From IMG/VR virus record IMGVR_UViG_3300010392_000634: a DNA stretch of 64,000 nt, one strand, 5' to 3'. Source of the DNA: a virus. Position numbers and translations under genes: made by a program. Of this stretch, positions 9,370 through 18,884 are shown piece by piece (the stretch's first letter is position 1; each line of letters starts with the position of its first letter). The notes beneath the pieces were generated by a model. It worked only from the letters and a program-made list of their open reading frames with translations. It was not told where the DNA came from and made no database searches.

Positions 9370-9771
9370 ATGAGTCCTAATATTGATGTAGACAGTCTGC
9401 AAGTAGGAGATGCTGTGGGACACCAGCCATCAGGTATATGGTATATGAATGCATCTTGTTATGTTAGCACAGTTGAACGGATGACTAAGACTCAGATTAT
9501 TCTTGCAAATGGACGTAAGTTCAACAAACATGGCCGGGAATTAAAGTCTCCAGTGACAGATGTTCCAAGCCATAAATTGATTCATCCAGACTATGCTAGG
9601 GAATACATCGCAAAAGCAAAACGTAAGTCAGAAGTTTTTGCTATTCTTAAACAAGTCGAGGCTTTGTGTACTCGTGTTCGTAGCAACAGCTATGAGCTGT
9701 CAGACGAGCAGGAAGAACTGTTCTTTAATCTATTAATCAACTTTGAAACATGTGAGGACGACCAACAATGA
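9370..9771 (+). CDS. hypothetical protein
   Basis: 133-aa ORF. Confidence 0.5.
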   Translation: MSPNIDVDSLQVGDAVGHQPSGIWYMNASCYVSTVERMTKTQIILANGRKFNKHGRELKSPVTDVPSHKLIHPDYAREYIAKAKRKSEVFAILKQVEALCTRVRSNSYELSDEQEELFFNLLINFETCEDDQQ

Positions 9772-9971
9772 TTTTCTGGTTCTGTGTATTTGCTTATTTT
9801 GTGTGTGGACTTACGTATGTTATTGGTATTGTTACATGTCCAGAACATATTGTAAAACATAGTATTTCTAAGTTAATTCTTGGATTTATTATTTCTCCAG
9901 TTTCGCTTGCTGCTTTTTTACTGGCGATTCCTCATTTTATTGTTTCCTCATTTTTACAGGCTATTGACTAA
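9768..9971 (+). CDS. small membrane protein
   Basis: 67 aa with two hydrophobic helices. Confidence 0.45.
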   Translation: MIFWFCVFAYFVCGLTYVIGIVTCPEHIVKHSISKLILGFIISPVSLAAFLLAIPHFIVSSFLQAID

Positions 9972-10645
9972 TGCCAAACAATATTTCTAACTGTCTACAC
10001 GCTCCTAAACACATTGTTGATTCGCTCAAATCTGAAGATAGGCTAGTTGATTTCAATAATATTATTAAGATGCCTAATAGTCTTGGTATGGAAGGGTTCA
10101 GTCATGCTGTAGATATTGCGGTGCGTTCTGCGTACGACAGGCTATATTGTATTCCAGAAGATGTAGAAGAACTAATTTTGCATCACCCAGACCAGTTTTT
10201 AATGACAGGATGTGAGCAATATAATACATGGAATAGGGATATGAGATTGGAAGCATGTATCCTATTGCAAAATTATCATCAGTATGGTTATACTAGTTGG
10301 TATGACTGGTCTATTGACAACTGGGGTACTAAATGGAATGCATATAACATCGAAGAAAAGTCATATGGCGTTTATTTCGAAACAGCATGGTCTATCCCAA
10401 TGCAAGTTTATAATAGATTATCATCTCGTTTTCCATCAGACTATTTCTGTGTAAGGTGGGCGAGCGAAGATGTAGGATATTACAGTGGTATTGCTATCTT
10501 TCAATATGGTCGTGTTGTAGCTGGTGGAGAATTTACACCTGAAAGCCAACAGGCATATAACAATTATATCGAAGCATGCAACGATGGTATTATGCCAGAC
10601 TACATGTTTTGGAATAATGGTAAATTAGAATATAAGGACGAATAA
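9971..10645 (+). CDS. hypothetical protein
   Basis: 224-aa ORF with overlapping stop/start. Confidence 0.55.
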   Translation: MPNNISNCLHAPKHIVDSLKSEDRLVDFNNIIKMPNSLGMEGFSHAVDIAVRSAYDRLYCIPEDVEELILHHPDQFLMTGCEQYNTWNRDMRLEACILLQNYHQYGYTSWYDWSIDNWGTKWNAYNIEEKSYGVYFETAWSIPMQVYNRLSSRFPSDYFCVRWASEDVGYYSGIAIFQYGRVVAGGEFTPESQQAYNNYIEACNDGIMPDYMFWNNGKLEYKDE

Positions 10646-10899
10646 TGGCAGAAGAAAAAGATATGTGCGAATTACTTGACGACTTCTACGACAAATTTGG
10701 CTCGCTAAGCTCATTAGACACTCTAAACACTTTTGCTCAAGCATTGGGGTACAGGAAGAGTTTCTATGGATGTCCTATTGATGATATGTTGTCTGACTGT
10801 CCGGGTTTAGGGGAATACATTCTTGATTTCTTTGACAAACATGCTAGTGACGACACACGGAACAAATTTGAAAAATTTCTTGCAGAACACGACAAATAG
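10645..10899 (+). CDS. hypothetical acidic protein
   Basis: 84-aa ORF. Confidence 0.5.
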   Translation: MAEEKDMCELLDDFYDKFGSLSSLDTLNTFAQALGYRKSFYGCPIDDMLSDCPGLGEYILDFFDKHASDDTRNKFEKFLAEHDK

Positions 10900-10986
10900 A
10901 CTTGAAAACTAAAACTGAATAGCTTATAATATCTACATGACTGCTGCGGTGTTGCAGCGAACTTTACTTTCTTTTTTGGAGAAGTT

Positions 10987-11316
10987 ATGCGTACTGAGTT
11001 TAAAAAGGCCAAAAAGGTCAATCGTCTGGAACTGTTCACTGTTGTTCGTATTGATAAAACCGATGAAGGTTATGATATCAATATCAAGAATGACAACAAT
11101 GATTACATTGACATGTGCACAGGTGTGCCAGCGGACGTGTTGTTCAACTGCATGGAAGCAGAGGATATCGATTACATGTTGTGGAGGGACCTTGATGAGT
11201 GTGGATACTTTGCACTGATGCGTCCAGAGCGGGATAAAATTCGTAATTCCGCAAAAGGATACAAGTCAGCAAAATATCCTCGTATCTATGTTAATCTGGA
11301 GGATTGGGATGATTGA
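10987..11316 (+). CDS. hypothetical protein
   Basis: 109 aa with GGAGAAG RBS; preferred over the overlapping frame 10937..11218, which reads as low-complexity junk. Confidence 0.5.
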   Translation: MRTEFKKAKKVNRLELFTVVRIDKTDEGYDINIKNDNNDYIDMCTGVPADVLFNCMEAEDIDYMLWRDLDECGYFALMRPERDKIRNSAKGYKSAKYPRIYVNLEDWDD

Positions 11317-11404
11317 TTTTTTATACAATGCTGCTGAGTTTTGTCAGATAGGCGGTTTATGTTTTGCTGGTGCAGCTTTCTTTTTTCTATCTGAATAGAT
11401 TAAT

Positions 11405-11429
11405 GGGCAGGTAAAACTGCCCTATTTTT
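11405..11429 (+). terminator. rho-independent terminator
   Basis: GGGCAG-gtaaaa-CTGCCC followed by TATTTTT. Confidence 0.6.
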
Positions 11430-11438
11430 GAGGTAAAT

Positions 11439-11606
11439 ATGTGTTTATTTTTCCACAAATGGTCACGCTGGAGTGAGACAAAGATTAAGAAGTACAGAAG
11501 AGTATATATCATAACAAATGAAGGTTATGATTATACTACAGAAGTACAAACAAGACATTGTGAAAAGTGTGGATTGGTTCAAGAGAAAGAGGTAAAAAAT
11601 GTATAA
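11439..11606 (+). CDS. small hypothetical protein (55 aa)
   Basis: ORF below the 60-aa threshold with an HCEKCG motif; overlaps the start of the next gene. Confidence 0.25.
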   Translation: MCLFFHKWSRWSETKIKKYRRVYIITNEGYDYTTEVQTRHCEKCGLVQEKEVKNV

Positions 11607-11877
11607 AGTAAGAGTAATTGAAAAAGAATTCAAAATCAGACTGGACGATGTTGGAAACGAACTGTCTCGCAGTGTCTGGGACGAGTCAATCTACTTCATG
11701 GTTATGGATGGACCCCGCAAACAAGATGCACGCCAGAAAGTAAAACAGGCTGCAATTGACATTGTTGTAAACACGCCTGAGAAATATACGAAAGTTTCTG
11801 TCGGTCGTGCATATCCTTACAATGGCAATCTGGAAGCTGGTGAAACAATCGATATCCCTATCAAGGAATTAGTGTAA
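11599..11877 (+). CDS. hypothetical protein
   Basis: 92-aa ORF with RBS AGAGG. Confidence 0.5.
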   Translation: MYKVRVIEKEFKIRLDDVGNELSRSVWDESIYFMVMDGPRKQDARQKVKQAAIDIVVNTPEKYTKVSVGRAYPYNGNLEAGETIDIPIKELV

Positions 11878-12050
11878 TGAAAATTCGTCTGTTGACTTAT
11901 CTCTATTGTGTATTCTGTGGGAGTGTAATTACATTCCTAGTACACACTCGGATGGTGTCTGCTTTAGGATGGTTATTCCTTTTTATAGTTACCGTATTAT
12001 CAGCAGCAGTTATTGAAGAGTTGCTTTATTATTTCATGGGTGAAAAATGA
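11877..12050 (+). CDS. small membrane protein (57 aa)
   Basis: Hydrophobic ORF filling the gap; ATGA overlap with the next gene. Confidence 0.35.
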   Translation: MKIRLLTYLYCVFCGSVITFLVHTRMVSALGWLFLFIVTVLSAAVIEELLYYFMGEK

Positions 12051-12910
12051 AAATGCTTGTTACAGGGGGGACTGGATTTCTCGGTGAGCCTCTTATCAAA
12101 CGTCTGACAGAATCTGGACATGAGATTCGAGTTCTATCAAGAAATCAGGGTAAGTTAATCTCACTACAGCAAAAGTATCCGATTGAGATATTCAGTGGCG
12201 ACGTGTGTAACTATGCCGATGTATATAAGGCGATGGATGGCGTTGATGGTGTTTATCATCTTGCAGCTAGTAAGCACGTAGGATTAGCTGAGAAGTTGGT
12301 TAATGAGTGTGTAAGGTCTAATCTAATCGGCTCTCTTAATATTCTCGATGCGAGTGTATGGCACTGTCCTGAATTTGTATTGGGTGTTAGTACTGATAAG
12401 GCAGCACAAGTGGCTGGAGTTTACGGTGCTACTAAGATGTTGATGGAAAGACTGTTCAAAGAATATCATGAAGATTTCGGTGAGCTTACAGATTATAGAA
12501 TTGTGAGATATGGAAACGTACTTTATAGCACTGGTTCTGTATTATGTAAGTGGTTGGACTTGATTAAGCAAGGAAAAGAGATTATAGTAACCGAACCAAA
12601 GGCAACTAGATTCTTCTGGACAGTTGACCAAGCGTTGGATTTGATTGAAGACTGTTTATTGTATGCTGAATGCCCTGAACCATATGTACCAGAGATGAAG
12701 GCTATGAGTATTGAGAATTTACTTAAAGCCTTAATCACAAAGTACTTAGGAGTACACAATCCATATGTTAAAGATGGTGAGTTTACTTCTCTTGTTAAAG
12801 TAATTGGACTTCAACCGGGAGAGAACTTGCATGAGAAGATTCTTGAGCAAGGTCCTGCATCTAATGAAGTGGAACAATTCACTATTTCTGAAATTATGGA
12901 GTTAATCTAA
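12047..12910 (+). CDS. NAD-dependent epimerase/dehydratase family protein (extended SDR)
   Basis: N-terminal Rossmann motif MLVTGGTGFLG, and YGATK catalytic Tyr-x3-Lys. Confidence 0.65.
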   Translation: MKMLVTGGTGFLGEPLIKRLTESGHEIRVLSRNQGKLISLQQKYPIEIFSGDVCNYADVYKAMDGVDGVYHLAASKHVGLAEKLVNECVRSNLIGSLNILDASVWHCPEFVLGVSTDKAAQVAGVYGATKMLMERLFKEYHEDFGELTDYRIVRYGNVLYSTGSVLCKWLDLIKQGKEIIVTEPKATRFFWTVDQALDLIEDCLLYAECPEPYVPEMKAMSIENLLKALITKYLGVHNPYVKDGEFTSLVKVIGLQPGENLHEKILEQGPASNEVEQFTISEIMELI

Positions 12911-12920
12911 GAGGAAAATT

Positions 12921-13412
12921 ATGAGTACAACACCTAAACTTGGCGAGCTAACAACTGAAACAGAGCGTGATGCCATCCACCTTGCAGTAATTCCGTTGAT
13001 TGCCTCACATAACACGACACCGGGACAGAACGTTGGTCTGAACGAATACGGACAGGCAGATGCGGATGCATACCCACATGTTGGTATTGTTGACCCATAT
13101 TTGAAGAAGATGGTTTTCAAAGGACAGAAGATGTGGGTATGTTTGTATCCTGATACTGTAACTGGTATGAAGCATCACTGGGAACATCCTGTATTCCGTA
13201 AACTGGAAGAGGCATATGGTGTACGTGCACCTGAAGCTACTCTTGAAGAGATAACTAAACTATCTGAAAATGAGTATGACTCAGAAGTGGACGACTTTGA
13301 AATTTGGTGCTGCGGGTCAGACGCACCGGAGCCTGAAGACAAATACGAAGAAGATGAAGACGACACTTGGTCGTGTTGTCCAGATGATGATGACGAATGG
13401 TCTTGCTGTTAG
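12921..13412 (+). CDS. paralog-family protein A1 (DAIHLAV ... PGQ ... GIVDPYL ... KHHWEHP), Cys-rich acidic tail
   Basis: Shares ordered motifs with 17385..17948 and 50421..51026; C-terminus WCCGSD ... WSCCPDDDDEWSCC. Confidence 0.55.
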   Translation: MSTTPKLGELTTETERDAIHLAVIPLIASHNTTPGQNVGLNEYGQADADAYPHVGIVDPYLKKMVFKGQKMWVCLYPDTVTGMKHHWEHPVFRKLEEAYGVRAPEATLEEITKLSENEYDSEVDDFEIWCCGSDAPEPEDKYEEDEDDTWSCCPDDDDEWSCC

Positions 13413-13421
13413 GAGATAATT

Positions 13422-13754
13422 ATGGACTTAAGAATCCCCCGTCCAAGCGAAGTATACACTACTGATGTTTGTAAAGCAGTAAATGCTATTGTGAAATTCA
13501 TCTATCGTAACTCAACTGGTTGCGAATTTGAAGAACATCGTGGAACAATCGAATTCAAGAAAGCACAAATTGAAGCCATTGCTCTTGAAGATGGTTATAG
13601 GCGTGATTGCAGGTTTAGTTCCCACACAATGTCGGCTGCTTGCCGTATCATTGCCAACCACGGCTGGCTCTTCTATGAATATGGTAATTCAGAAGACCCA
13701 AGTGAGGATACTTACTATTTAGAACCAGATGAGGAATCATATGAAACCGATTAG
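13422..13754 (+). CDS. hypothetical protein
   Basis: 110-aa ORF. Confidence 0.5.
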   Translation: MDLRIPRPSEVYTTDVCKAVNAIVKFIYRNSTGCEFEEHRGTIEFKKAQIEAIALEDGYRRDCRFSSHTMSAACRIIANHGWLFYEYGNSEDPSEDTYYLEPDEESYETD

Positions 13755-14061
13755 ACCAGACGAATTAAAATTAGAATTGTACAGAGAAAAGTTTCTGTAT
13801 TCGTTTGACAAAGTAATTCAAAATAACTATAATGGCAAACGTGTAAAGATATTTCACAGTGATATTTCACAACAGTTGTGTTATGACCATAATGGTGATG
13901 TGAGAGACTTTTTTGTATCAATGTCGTATAAGGCATTTGATGGGTTCCTAGATAATTATAGACCATACTGGAATATAGACTACAAGAGACCGTGGTGGTC
14001 AGACGATTATCGTATTATAATGGCTCCGAAGGAAGATTATGAGTATCCCAAAAAGACCTGA
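13741..14061 (+). CDS. hypothetical protein
   Basis: Start taken at ATG 13741, in frame with ORF 13729..14061. Confidence 0.45.
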   Translation: MKPIRPDELKLELYREKFLYSFDKVIQNNYNGKRVKIFHSDISQQLCYDHNGDVRDFFVSMSYKAFDGFLDNYRPYWNIDYKRPWWSDDYRIIMAPKEDYEYPKKT

Positions 14062-14326
14062 AGAAACTGCATCCGACTTTAAGACAATCAATCTGATTGA
14101 TGTAATCAACGACTGTCTTAAAAGACCTATATGTACTATCAGTGGAAAATATATTAAAGAGAAGTTTTTCCTGCATACACAAGAACATGTTTCTAATGAT
14201 GATATTCAGCAGGCTCTGTTTCTGTTTGTTCTATCTGGGTGGGACATAAGTAAAAATGTAGATAAGATAGACATTGAAAGTTTTGAATATTCCTGCACAC
14301 CTAGAAATAACTATAGAACTGTATAA
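14039..14326 (+). CDS. hypothetical protein
   Basis: 95-aa ORF. Confidence 0.45.
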   Translation: MSIPKRPEETASDFKTINLIDVINDCLKRPICTISGKYIKEKFFLHTQEHVSNDDIQQALFLFVLSGWDISKNVDKIDIESFEYSCTPRNNYRTV

Positions 14327-14335
14327 AGGTTTACT

Positions 14336-15196
14336 ATGAAACTACTGATTCCAACATGTGATGCCAGCCTTTTTCTTCTGCCATTATATGAACACTTGTT
14401 TAACAAGTACGAGCTAGGTTCTATCTTTGAGCCTGTTGTACTTGGTTTTACTGAACCTAAAGATTGTGGTATGGAATTTGTGTCAATGGCAGACAAACAG
14501 GATTGTTGGTCCCGACATATATACGATTATCTCAATTCTATTTCAGATGAGTATGTAGCCTTCACTCTCGAAGACTTCTTGCCTGTAAGTAGAGTAGACG
14601 CTGAATCATTCCACTCATTGATGGCTGCAATGTTGTCTGGTAATGTTGGTCGTGCGGACCTAACGTGGGATTTGTATGCAAATTGTGAAACACAGGTATA
14701 TAATACTCTTGAAGATAAACCTTACAGTTTAATCTCGTGTCCGCGTGACGGACGTATGGTAGAGGGTAAGTCTTTATATCGTATTACTACACAGCCTGCT
14801 ATATGGCGACGTGATTACCTGATGAAGTTTCTGAAAAACGAATGGACACCTTGGAATTTTGAGATTGATGGGTCTTCACTATCTTCTCAGTTCCCAGAGG
14901 AAGTTATCGGTATTTGTGACCCAACTTTTAAACATTATCCTACTAAATGGACGCCTAAAGGTGCGATTAGTCGTGCTCAACCGGGAAAATTCAATTGCTT
15001 AGGGATGGATATTGAAACCATTAAAGAGTGTATTGAACTGGGATACTTAAAAGAGGAAGACTTAATCTGGGGCATGTGGGTTGGTAATCCAGTTACATTT
15101 CATGGTGGTGGTGGATATAACTTCACTGTAGATAGGATGCCTTTCCATTCTGCAAGTCCTACTAACTGGGAAGAATGGAGAAGTACTTATGAGTAA
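14336..15196 (+). CDS. hypothetical protein
   Basis: 286-aa ORF with no recognisable motif. Confidence 0.55.
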   Translation: MKLLIPTCDASLFLLPLYEHLFNKYELGSIFEPVVLGFTEPKDCGMEFVSMADKQDCWSRHIYDYLNSISDEYVAFTLEDFLPVSRVDAESFHSLMAAMLSGNVGRADLTWDLYANCETQVYNTLEDKPYSLISCPRDGRMVEGKSLYRITTQPAIWRRDYLMKFLKNEWTPWNFEIDGSSLSSQFPEEVIGICDPTFKHYPTKWTPKGAISRAQPGKFNCLGMDIETIKECIELGYLKEEDLIWGMWVGNPVTFHGGGGYNFTVDRMPFHSASPTNWEEWRSTYE

Positions 15197-15428
15197 TATT
15201 CTATTAACATACTTTACATTTATGGCCATACTTGGATGGATATCTTTTGCTGTGCTATCAAATGAATATTTTGTACTTGAAAGTGATGAGGCCAAAGCTG
15301 GTGTAATTTTAGGTTCTATTTTTTGGCCAATCGGAATTTTTCTTGGTGTTTGCTATTGCATTTTTAAATGTTTTATGGTATTTTACCGTCTGTACAATAA
15401 ATATGCAACTAACTTTTTGAAAGACTAA
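15189..15428 (+). CDS. small two-helix membrane protein, FWPIGI family
   Basis: Contains SIFWPIGIFLGV. Confidence 0.5.
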   Translation: MSNILLTYFTFMAILGWISFAVLSNEYFVLESDEAKAGVILGSIFWPIGIFLGVCYCIFKCFMVFYRLYNKYATNFLKD

Positions 15429-15429
15429 G

Positions 15430-15642
15430 ATGACTGTTTACGAAAAATATCTAAAGGCATTAGATGACTTAGAACAGATTCACAAAGCTGCTGTAGAAAG
15501 CCTCGACGCAATATTAGAGGCCGAACAAGAAGTCTGTAAACATAAATGGGGAGAAGTTAATCCTCACATGTTCTACGCATTAGGAAATACTGCTCCGGGT
15601 AAGAGTTGTATCGAGTGTGGTATGAAAGTCCATGTAAAGTGA
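15430..15642 (+). CDS. hypothetical protein
   Basis: 70-aa ORF with a CxxC pair (CIECG). Confidence 0.45.
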   Translation: MTVYEKYLKALDDLEQIHKAAVESLDAILEAEQEVCKHKWGEVNPHMFYALGNTAPGKSCIECGMKVHVK

Positions 15643-15818
15643 CGAAAATTTTATATGAATCGCTCTTAGTTTTTCTAAGTTTATTCTATATCATACAGTT
15701 CATACTATTTATAGTGTACGCTTGGAAAGATAGCGAAAATCCTAATATGATTTCTGTATGGAAGTGGGCACTTATATCCTCAACAATTTTAACTATTCTA
15801 ATCAAGGTGTTAGTATGA
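15606..15818 (+). CDS. small membrane protein
   Basis: Hydrophobic 70 aa; start uncertain (ATG 15606 or GTG 15639). Confidence 0.35.
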   Translation: MYRVWYESPCKVTKILYESLLVFLSLFYIIQFILFIVYAWKDSENPNMISVWKWALISSTILTILIKVLV

Positions 15819-16567
15819 CAGACTTATATGAAAAGTACCATAACGAGATGATGAAGCATATCAATGAAAACAACATTGATAAAGAGGATGCTTATCAATT
15901 ACTCGAAGCAGCAAAAGATTATTCTAATATGGAGCTGGAGCATGCTCTTAAGGTACTCGACTGGGAAGTTGGAGAGGTAAACCTAGACAGAGTTTACAAC
16001 TTTGCACAAGATGCACATTCTGGTCAAACTAGGAAAGATGGTAAGACACCATATTTTAGACATCCTGTACAAGTACGCGACCTTTTGGTAAAATGGGGTG
16101 TTGAAAATACTAACATTCTTGCCGCTGCTCTTCTACATGATGTATTAGAAGATACAGACGTAACTGGCCCACAATTGAAAAAAGTTTCAAATGGTTTAGT
16201 ATTAGATTACGTTTTACAGTTGACACACCATGAAGATGATGATAAGATTGAATATATCAGGGATTTTGCTAATATTCATTTAAAAAGCACTGAAGTAGTT
16301 CTTATTAAAGTAGCAGACCGTTGTTGTAACACGCTTGACTTTGTAAAGAGCGACCCAAAATATGCAGTAAAATATTGGAGAAAAGGGGAGCCTATTCTTG
16401 AAGGATTACGAGCACATATTTATAATTGTACATACGGTGATGGTTACCCCGGCCTTTTGCATTCACTACAAAATGCGAAAAAGTTTGTTGATGTAATGTA
16501 CCAGTTAATCTATGCTTTAGATTCTGTACAGGTTCGTAAGCGTGAAGTATATGATTTACTAAAATAA
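15815..16567 (+). CDS. HD-domain protein, RelA/SpoT-type (p)ppGpp hydrolase-like
   Basis: FRHPVQV ... AALLHDVLEDT motif (H ... HD ... ED); start moved to ATG 15815 with an ATGA overlap. Confidence 0.55.
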   Translation: MTDLYEKYHNEMMKHINENNIDKEDAYQLLEAAKDYSNMELEHALKVLDWEVGEVNLDRVYNFAQDAHSGQTRKDGKTPYFRHPVQVRDLLVKWGVENTNILAAALLHDVLEDTDVTGPQLKKVSNGLVLDYVLQLTHHEDDDKIEYIRDFANIHLKSTEVVLIKVADRCCNTLDFVKSDPKYAVKYWRKGEPILEGLRAHIYNCTYGDGYPGLLHSLQNAKKFVDVMYQLIYALDSVQVRKREVYDLLK

Positions 16568-16678
16568 TCAGACGGGTCTGCCCACAGGCGTCCTTATAAG
16601 GCGTTCCGCTTTAACAACAGTGGGAGGTTGCGGAAAGGTTCAATCCCTTGGCCTGTTATTTTTACTCTAGAAAGAAAA

Positions 16679-16822
16679 ATGATGAAGTTATTATCGAAAG
16701 TATCAATGGTTTTAGCTGCATTAGTATACATATTTGATGGTATCAATTTTAGCGGTCCTGAACACTGTATGTATTTCATTGGTTTGGCAATCTACGATTC
16801 ATTACAAAAGGATGAAGAATGA
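16679..16822 (+). CDS. small membrane protein (47 aa)
   Basis: In frame with ORF 16628 (TTG); ATG 16679 lies after a T-rich run; hydrophobic. Confidence 0.35.
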   Translation: MMKLLSKVSMVLAALVYIFDGINFSGPEHCMYFIGLAIYDSLQKDEE

Positions 16823-17148
16823 AAGTTTTAATAATTCATCGTCAATGTGTGCAAGTTTGTTTAGTCGAAGAAGAGGGGCTGACAGACGAGCAAGTTTTTG
16901 AGAAAGCTATGAAGGTTGAGGGTTCTTCTCAGTTGACAGAGCCATTTGTTCCTACTAATATGAACGGTGACTCTTTTATTTTTGACTATGAATGTCATGA
17001 ACCAACAGACGAGATTATTGCTCAGTACTTCACTAAACATGAGTACACAGAAGCGTTGCTCGATATTGAAGAGTCTAAGCGTATAGTTGAAAAACCAAAA
17101 CGAAAATACCGGAAAAGAAAGAAAAAAGCAAATGAGCGTCCCTTATAA
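16819..17148 (+). CDS. hypothetical protein with basic C-terminal tail
   Basis: 109 aa ending in KPKRKYRKRKKK. Confidence 0.5.
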   Translation: MKVLIIHRQCVQVCLVEEEGLTDEQVFEKAMKVEGSSQLTEPFVPTNMNGDSFIFDYECHEPTDEIIAQYFTKHEYTEALLDIEESKRIVEKPKRKYRKRKKKANERPL

Positions 17149-17392
17149 ATTAGAGTGCGAAGTAGAAGTGTGTTCTGATATAGAAATGATTGAATGCGGC
17201 TTCAGACAGGAATGGGTTACAGCTAACATTGACGAAGATAGTGTTGATGTGACTAGTGGGGCAGGATGTGGTAGTCCTTGGATGACCGCTACTATAAAAA
17301 TTGGGGATAAGACTCATAATATCCGTTACAACATTAAAGATTTAATCAAAAAACTGTATGATAAAGCGAAAGAAGGTGAGTTCGATGAATGA
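17132..17392 (+). CDS. hypothetical protein
   Basis: Start moved to ATG 17132, in frame with ORF 17087. Confidence 0.45.
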   Translation: MSVPYKLECEVEVCSDIEMIECGFRQEWVTANIDEDSVDVTSGAGCGSPWMTATIKIGDKTHNIRYNIKDLIKKLYDKAKEGEFDE

Positions 17393-17948
17393 ACTAGGAA
17401 AACTGATTGAAGGTAGTGAGTGTCGTGATGCCGTACACGTTGCTATTATCCCTATGGAAGCCTCAGAGATGCTACGACCCGGACAAAGGGTAGGAATCGT
17501 CTCAGATGGCATTGCTGGGCCTTCTAGCAAGGCTCTGGGGGTTGTGGACCCGTTCCTCGATGACGTTGTACCAAAGGGAAAGCAATTTTGGCTGTGCCTC
17601 TTTCCAAACAGTATTAGTGATATGCGTCACGCATGGGTTCATCCTGATTTCAAAGATGATGTTGCGGAACATGTTGATGAGCACGTACAAGGTGTTATTG
17701 AAAATACAAAAGTTAAGCAAAAAGAAATCGAAGAATGGATGAAAAAACAGGCGGACATTCTTGGTTGTGATGTCTATGACCTGCTTGATATCAATGGAGA
17801 TATTCTATCTGGTGAATATATCATTACTTATATGAATGAATCTGCTAGAGATTACTGGGCACAAATTTACAATGAATATCAAGAAAAAATCGAAGATTAT
17901 CATGGTATCCCATTTGATGATATTGGTGGTTTTTCTTGTAGTTGCTAG
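17385..17948 (+). CDS. paralog-family protein A2 (DAVHVAIIP ... PGQRVG ... GVVDPFL ... RHAWVHP)
   Basis: Paralog of 12921 and 50421; C-terminus GGFSCSC; start at ATG 17385 with an ATGA overlap. Confidence 0.55.
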   Translation: MNELGKLIEGSECRDAVHVAIIPMEASEMLRPGQRVGIVSDGIAGPSSKALGVVDPFLDDVVPKGKQFWLCLFPNSISDMRHAWVHPDFKDDVAEHVDEHVQGVIENTKVKQKEIEEWMKKQADILGCDVYDLLDINGDILSGEYIITYMNESARDYWAQIYNEYQEKIEDYHGIPFDDIGGFSCSC

Positions 17949-17956
17949 GAGGTAAC

Positions 17957-18244
17957 ATGAGTGCTGATAATTGGGGCGACTGCCCAAAATGTAAAGTACT
18001 GGTAGCTGAAAAGAACGCGGCAGAGATTGAGTCTGTAAATAAACTCTATGGAACGGTCACTGTCGAAGACTTTAAATATAAACTAAGTAGAGCCGGTTCC
18101 CATGAATATGAACATGGGACACTGCGTGAAGACTACCAGATTTGCACTACTAGTCATGGTCAATTTTACATTGGTTATGAATGTTATTGTGCTAAATGTG
18201 GTTTCGAACATAAATTTAAACACAGTGAGGATATTAAACTATGA
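17957..18244 (+). CDS. hypothetical zinc-ribbon-like protein
   Basis: RBS TAGGAGGT; CPKC ... CAKCG motif. Confidence 0.45.
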   Translation: MSADNWGDCPKCKVLVAEKNAAEIESVNKLYGTVTVEDFKYKLSRAGSHEYEHGTLREDYQICTTSHGQFYIGYECYCAKCGFEHKFKHSEDIKL

Positions 18245-18576
18245 ATTTTCAAGAAGCAATACAGGTTTTACGTGTTGGGGGACAAATCCGTAGACAATCA
18301 TGGAATAACAAATCATATCGGTGGTTTGCGAGAACATTTGACGCTACAATTAGAAGTGCCTGCAATCAATATAAGTCTAACAATGCCGCCCTGATAAGTG
18401 TGGCTGACTGTGCTGCAGAAGATTGGGAAGAGTACAAGGAGCCTACTGAGGCGTTGGTAGAGCGTATTGAAAAGTTGGTCGCTGCGTTCGAGCGAGGTGT
18501 AGTTCCGTCCGATATTAATACAGCGTACATCGTCAATGTTTTAAAACAGGCAGTCGAAGCTATAGACGTACCGTGA
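18241..18576 (+). CDS. hypothetical protein
   Basis: 111-aa ORF. Confidence 0.5.
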   Translation: MNFQEAIQVLRVGGQIRRQSWNNKSYRWFARTFDATIRSACNQYKSNNAALISVADCAAEDWEEYKEPTEALVERIEKLVAAFERGVVPSDINTAYIVNVLKQAVEAIDVP

Positions 18577-18636
18577 CCATATACGGACATAGCATTCGTC
18601 CATATCCTGAATTAACTGGGGGTTAAGACAGTTTTA

Positions 18637-18665
18637 CAGTAAATTTCAACACTAGATAATGCGTG
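18637..18665 (+). promoter_or_regulatory. putative promoter (TTTACA, 16 bp, GATAAT)
   Basis: Hexamers in a ~450-bp AT-rich intergenic region. Confidence 0.25.
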
Positions 18666-18884
18666 GCGAGATGTTAACAAGTATGTCCGACCCAGTTGTT
18701 GGCACAGAGCTAGGATTTGATTTTTATTTAATCTCTGATGGTCACGAGCCATCCGAACACCAACTCTAATTGGCTAGATTAGATTCTGTGAAGTTCCTAC
18801 ACCCAAGTCCACTGGAAGAAGGGCTTAATTTAGTTTAACCAGCGAATTTTTGAACTTAACGCAATTTACTGTAAGCCAGATTAT

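Noticed and set aside
16568-16678. Possible tRNA using GGTTCAATCCC at 16643-16660 with ACAGGCG/GGCCTGT acceptor strands (74 nt)
   Set aside because: The acceptor pairs 6/7 and the T-arm-like hairpin is present, but I could not fold a D-arm or anticodon arm. The palindrome CCTTATAAGG and the T-run that follows suggest a terminator/leader structure instead. Left as a note.
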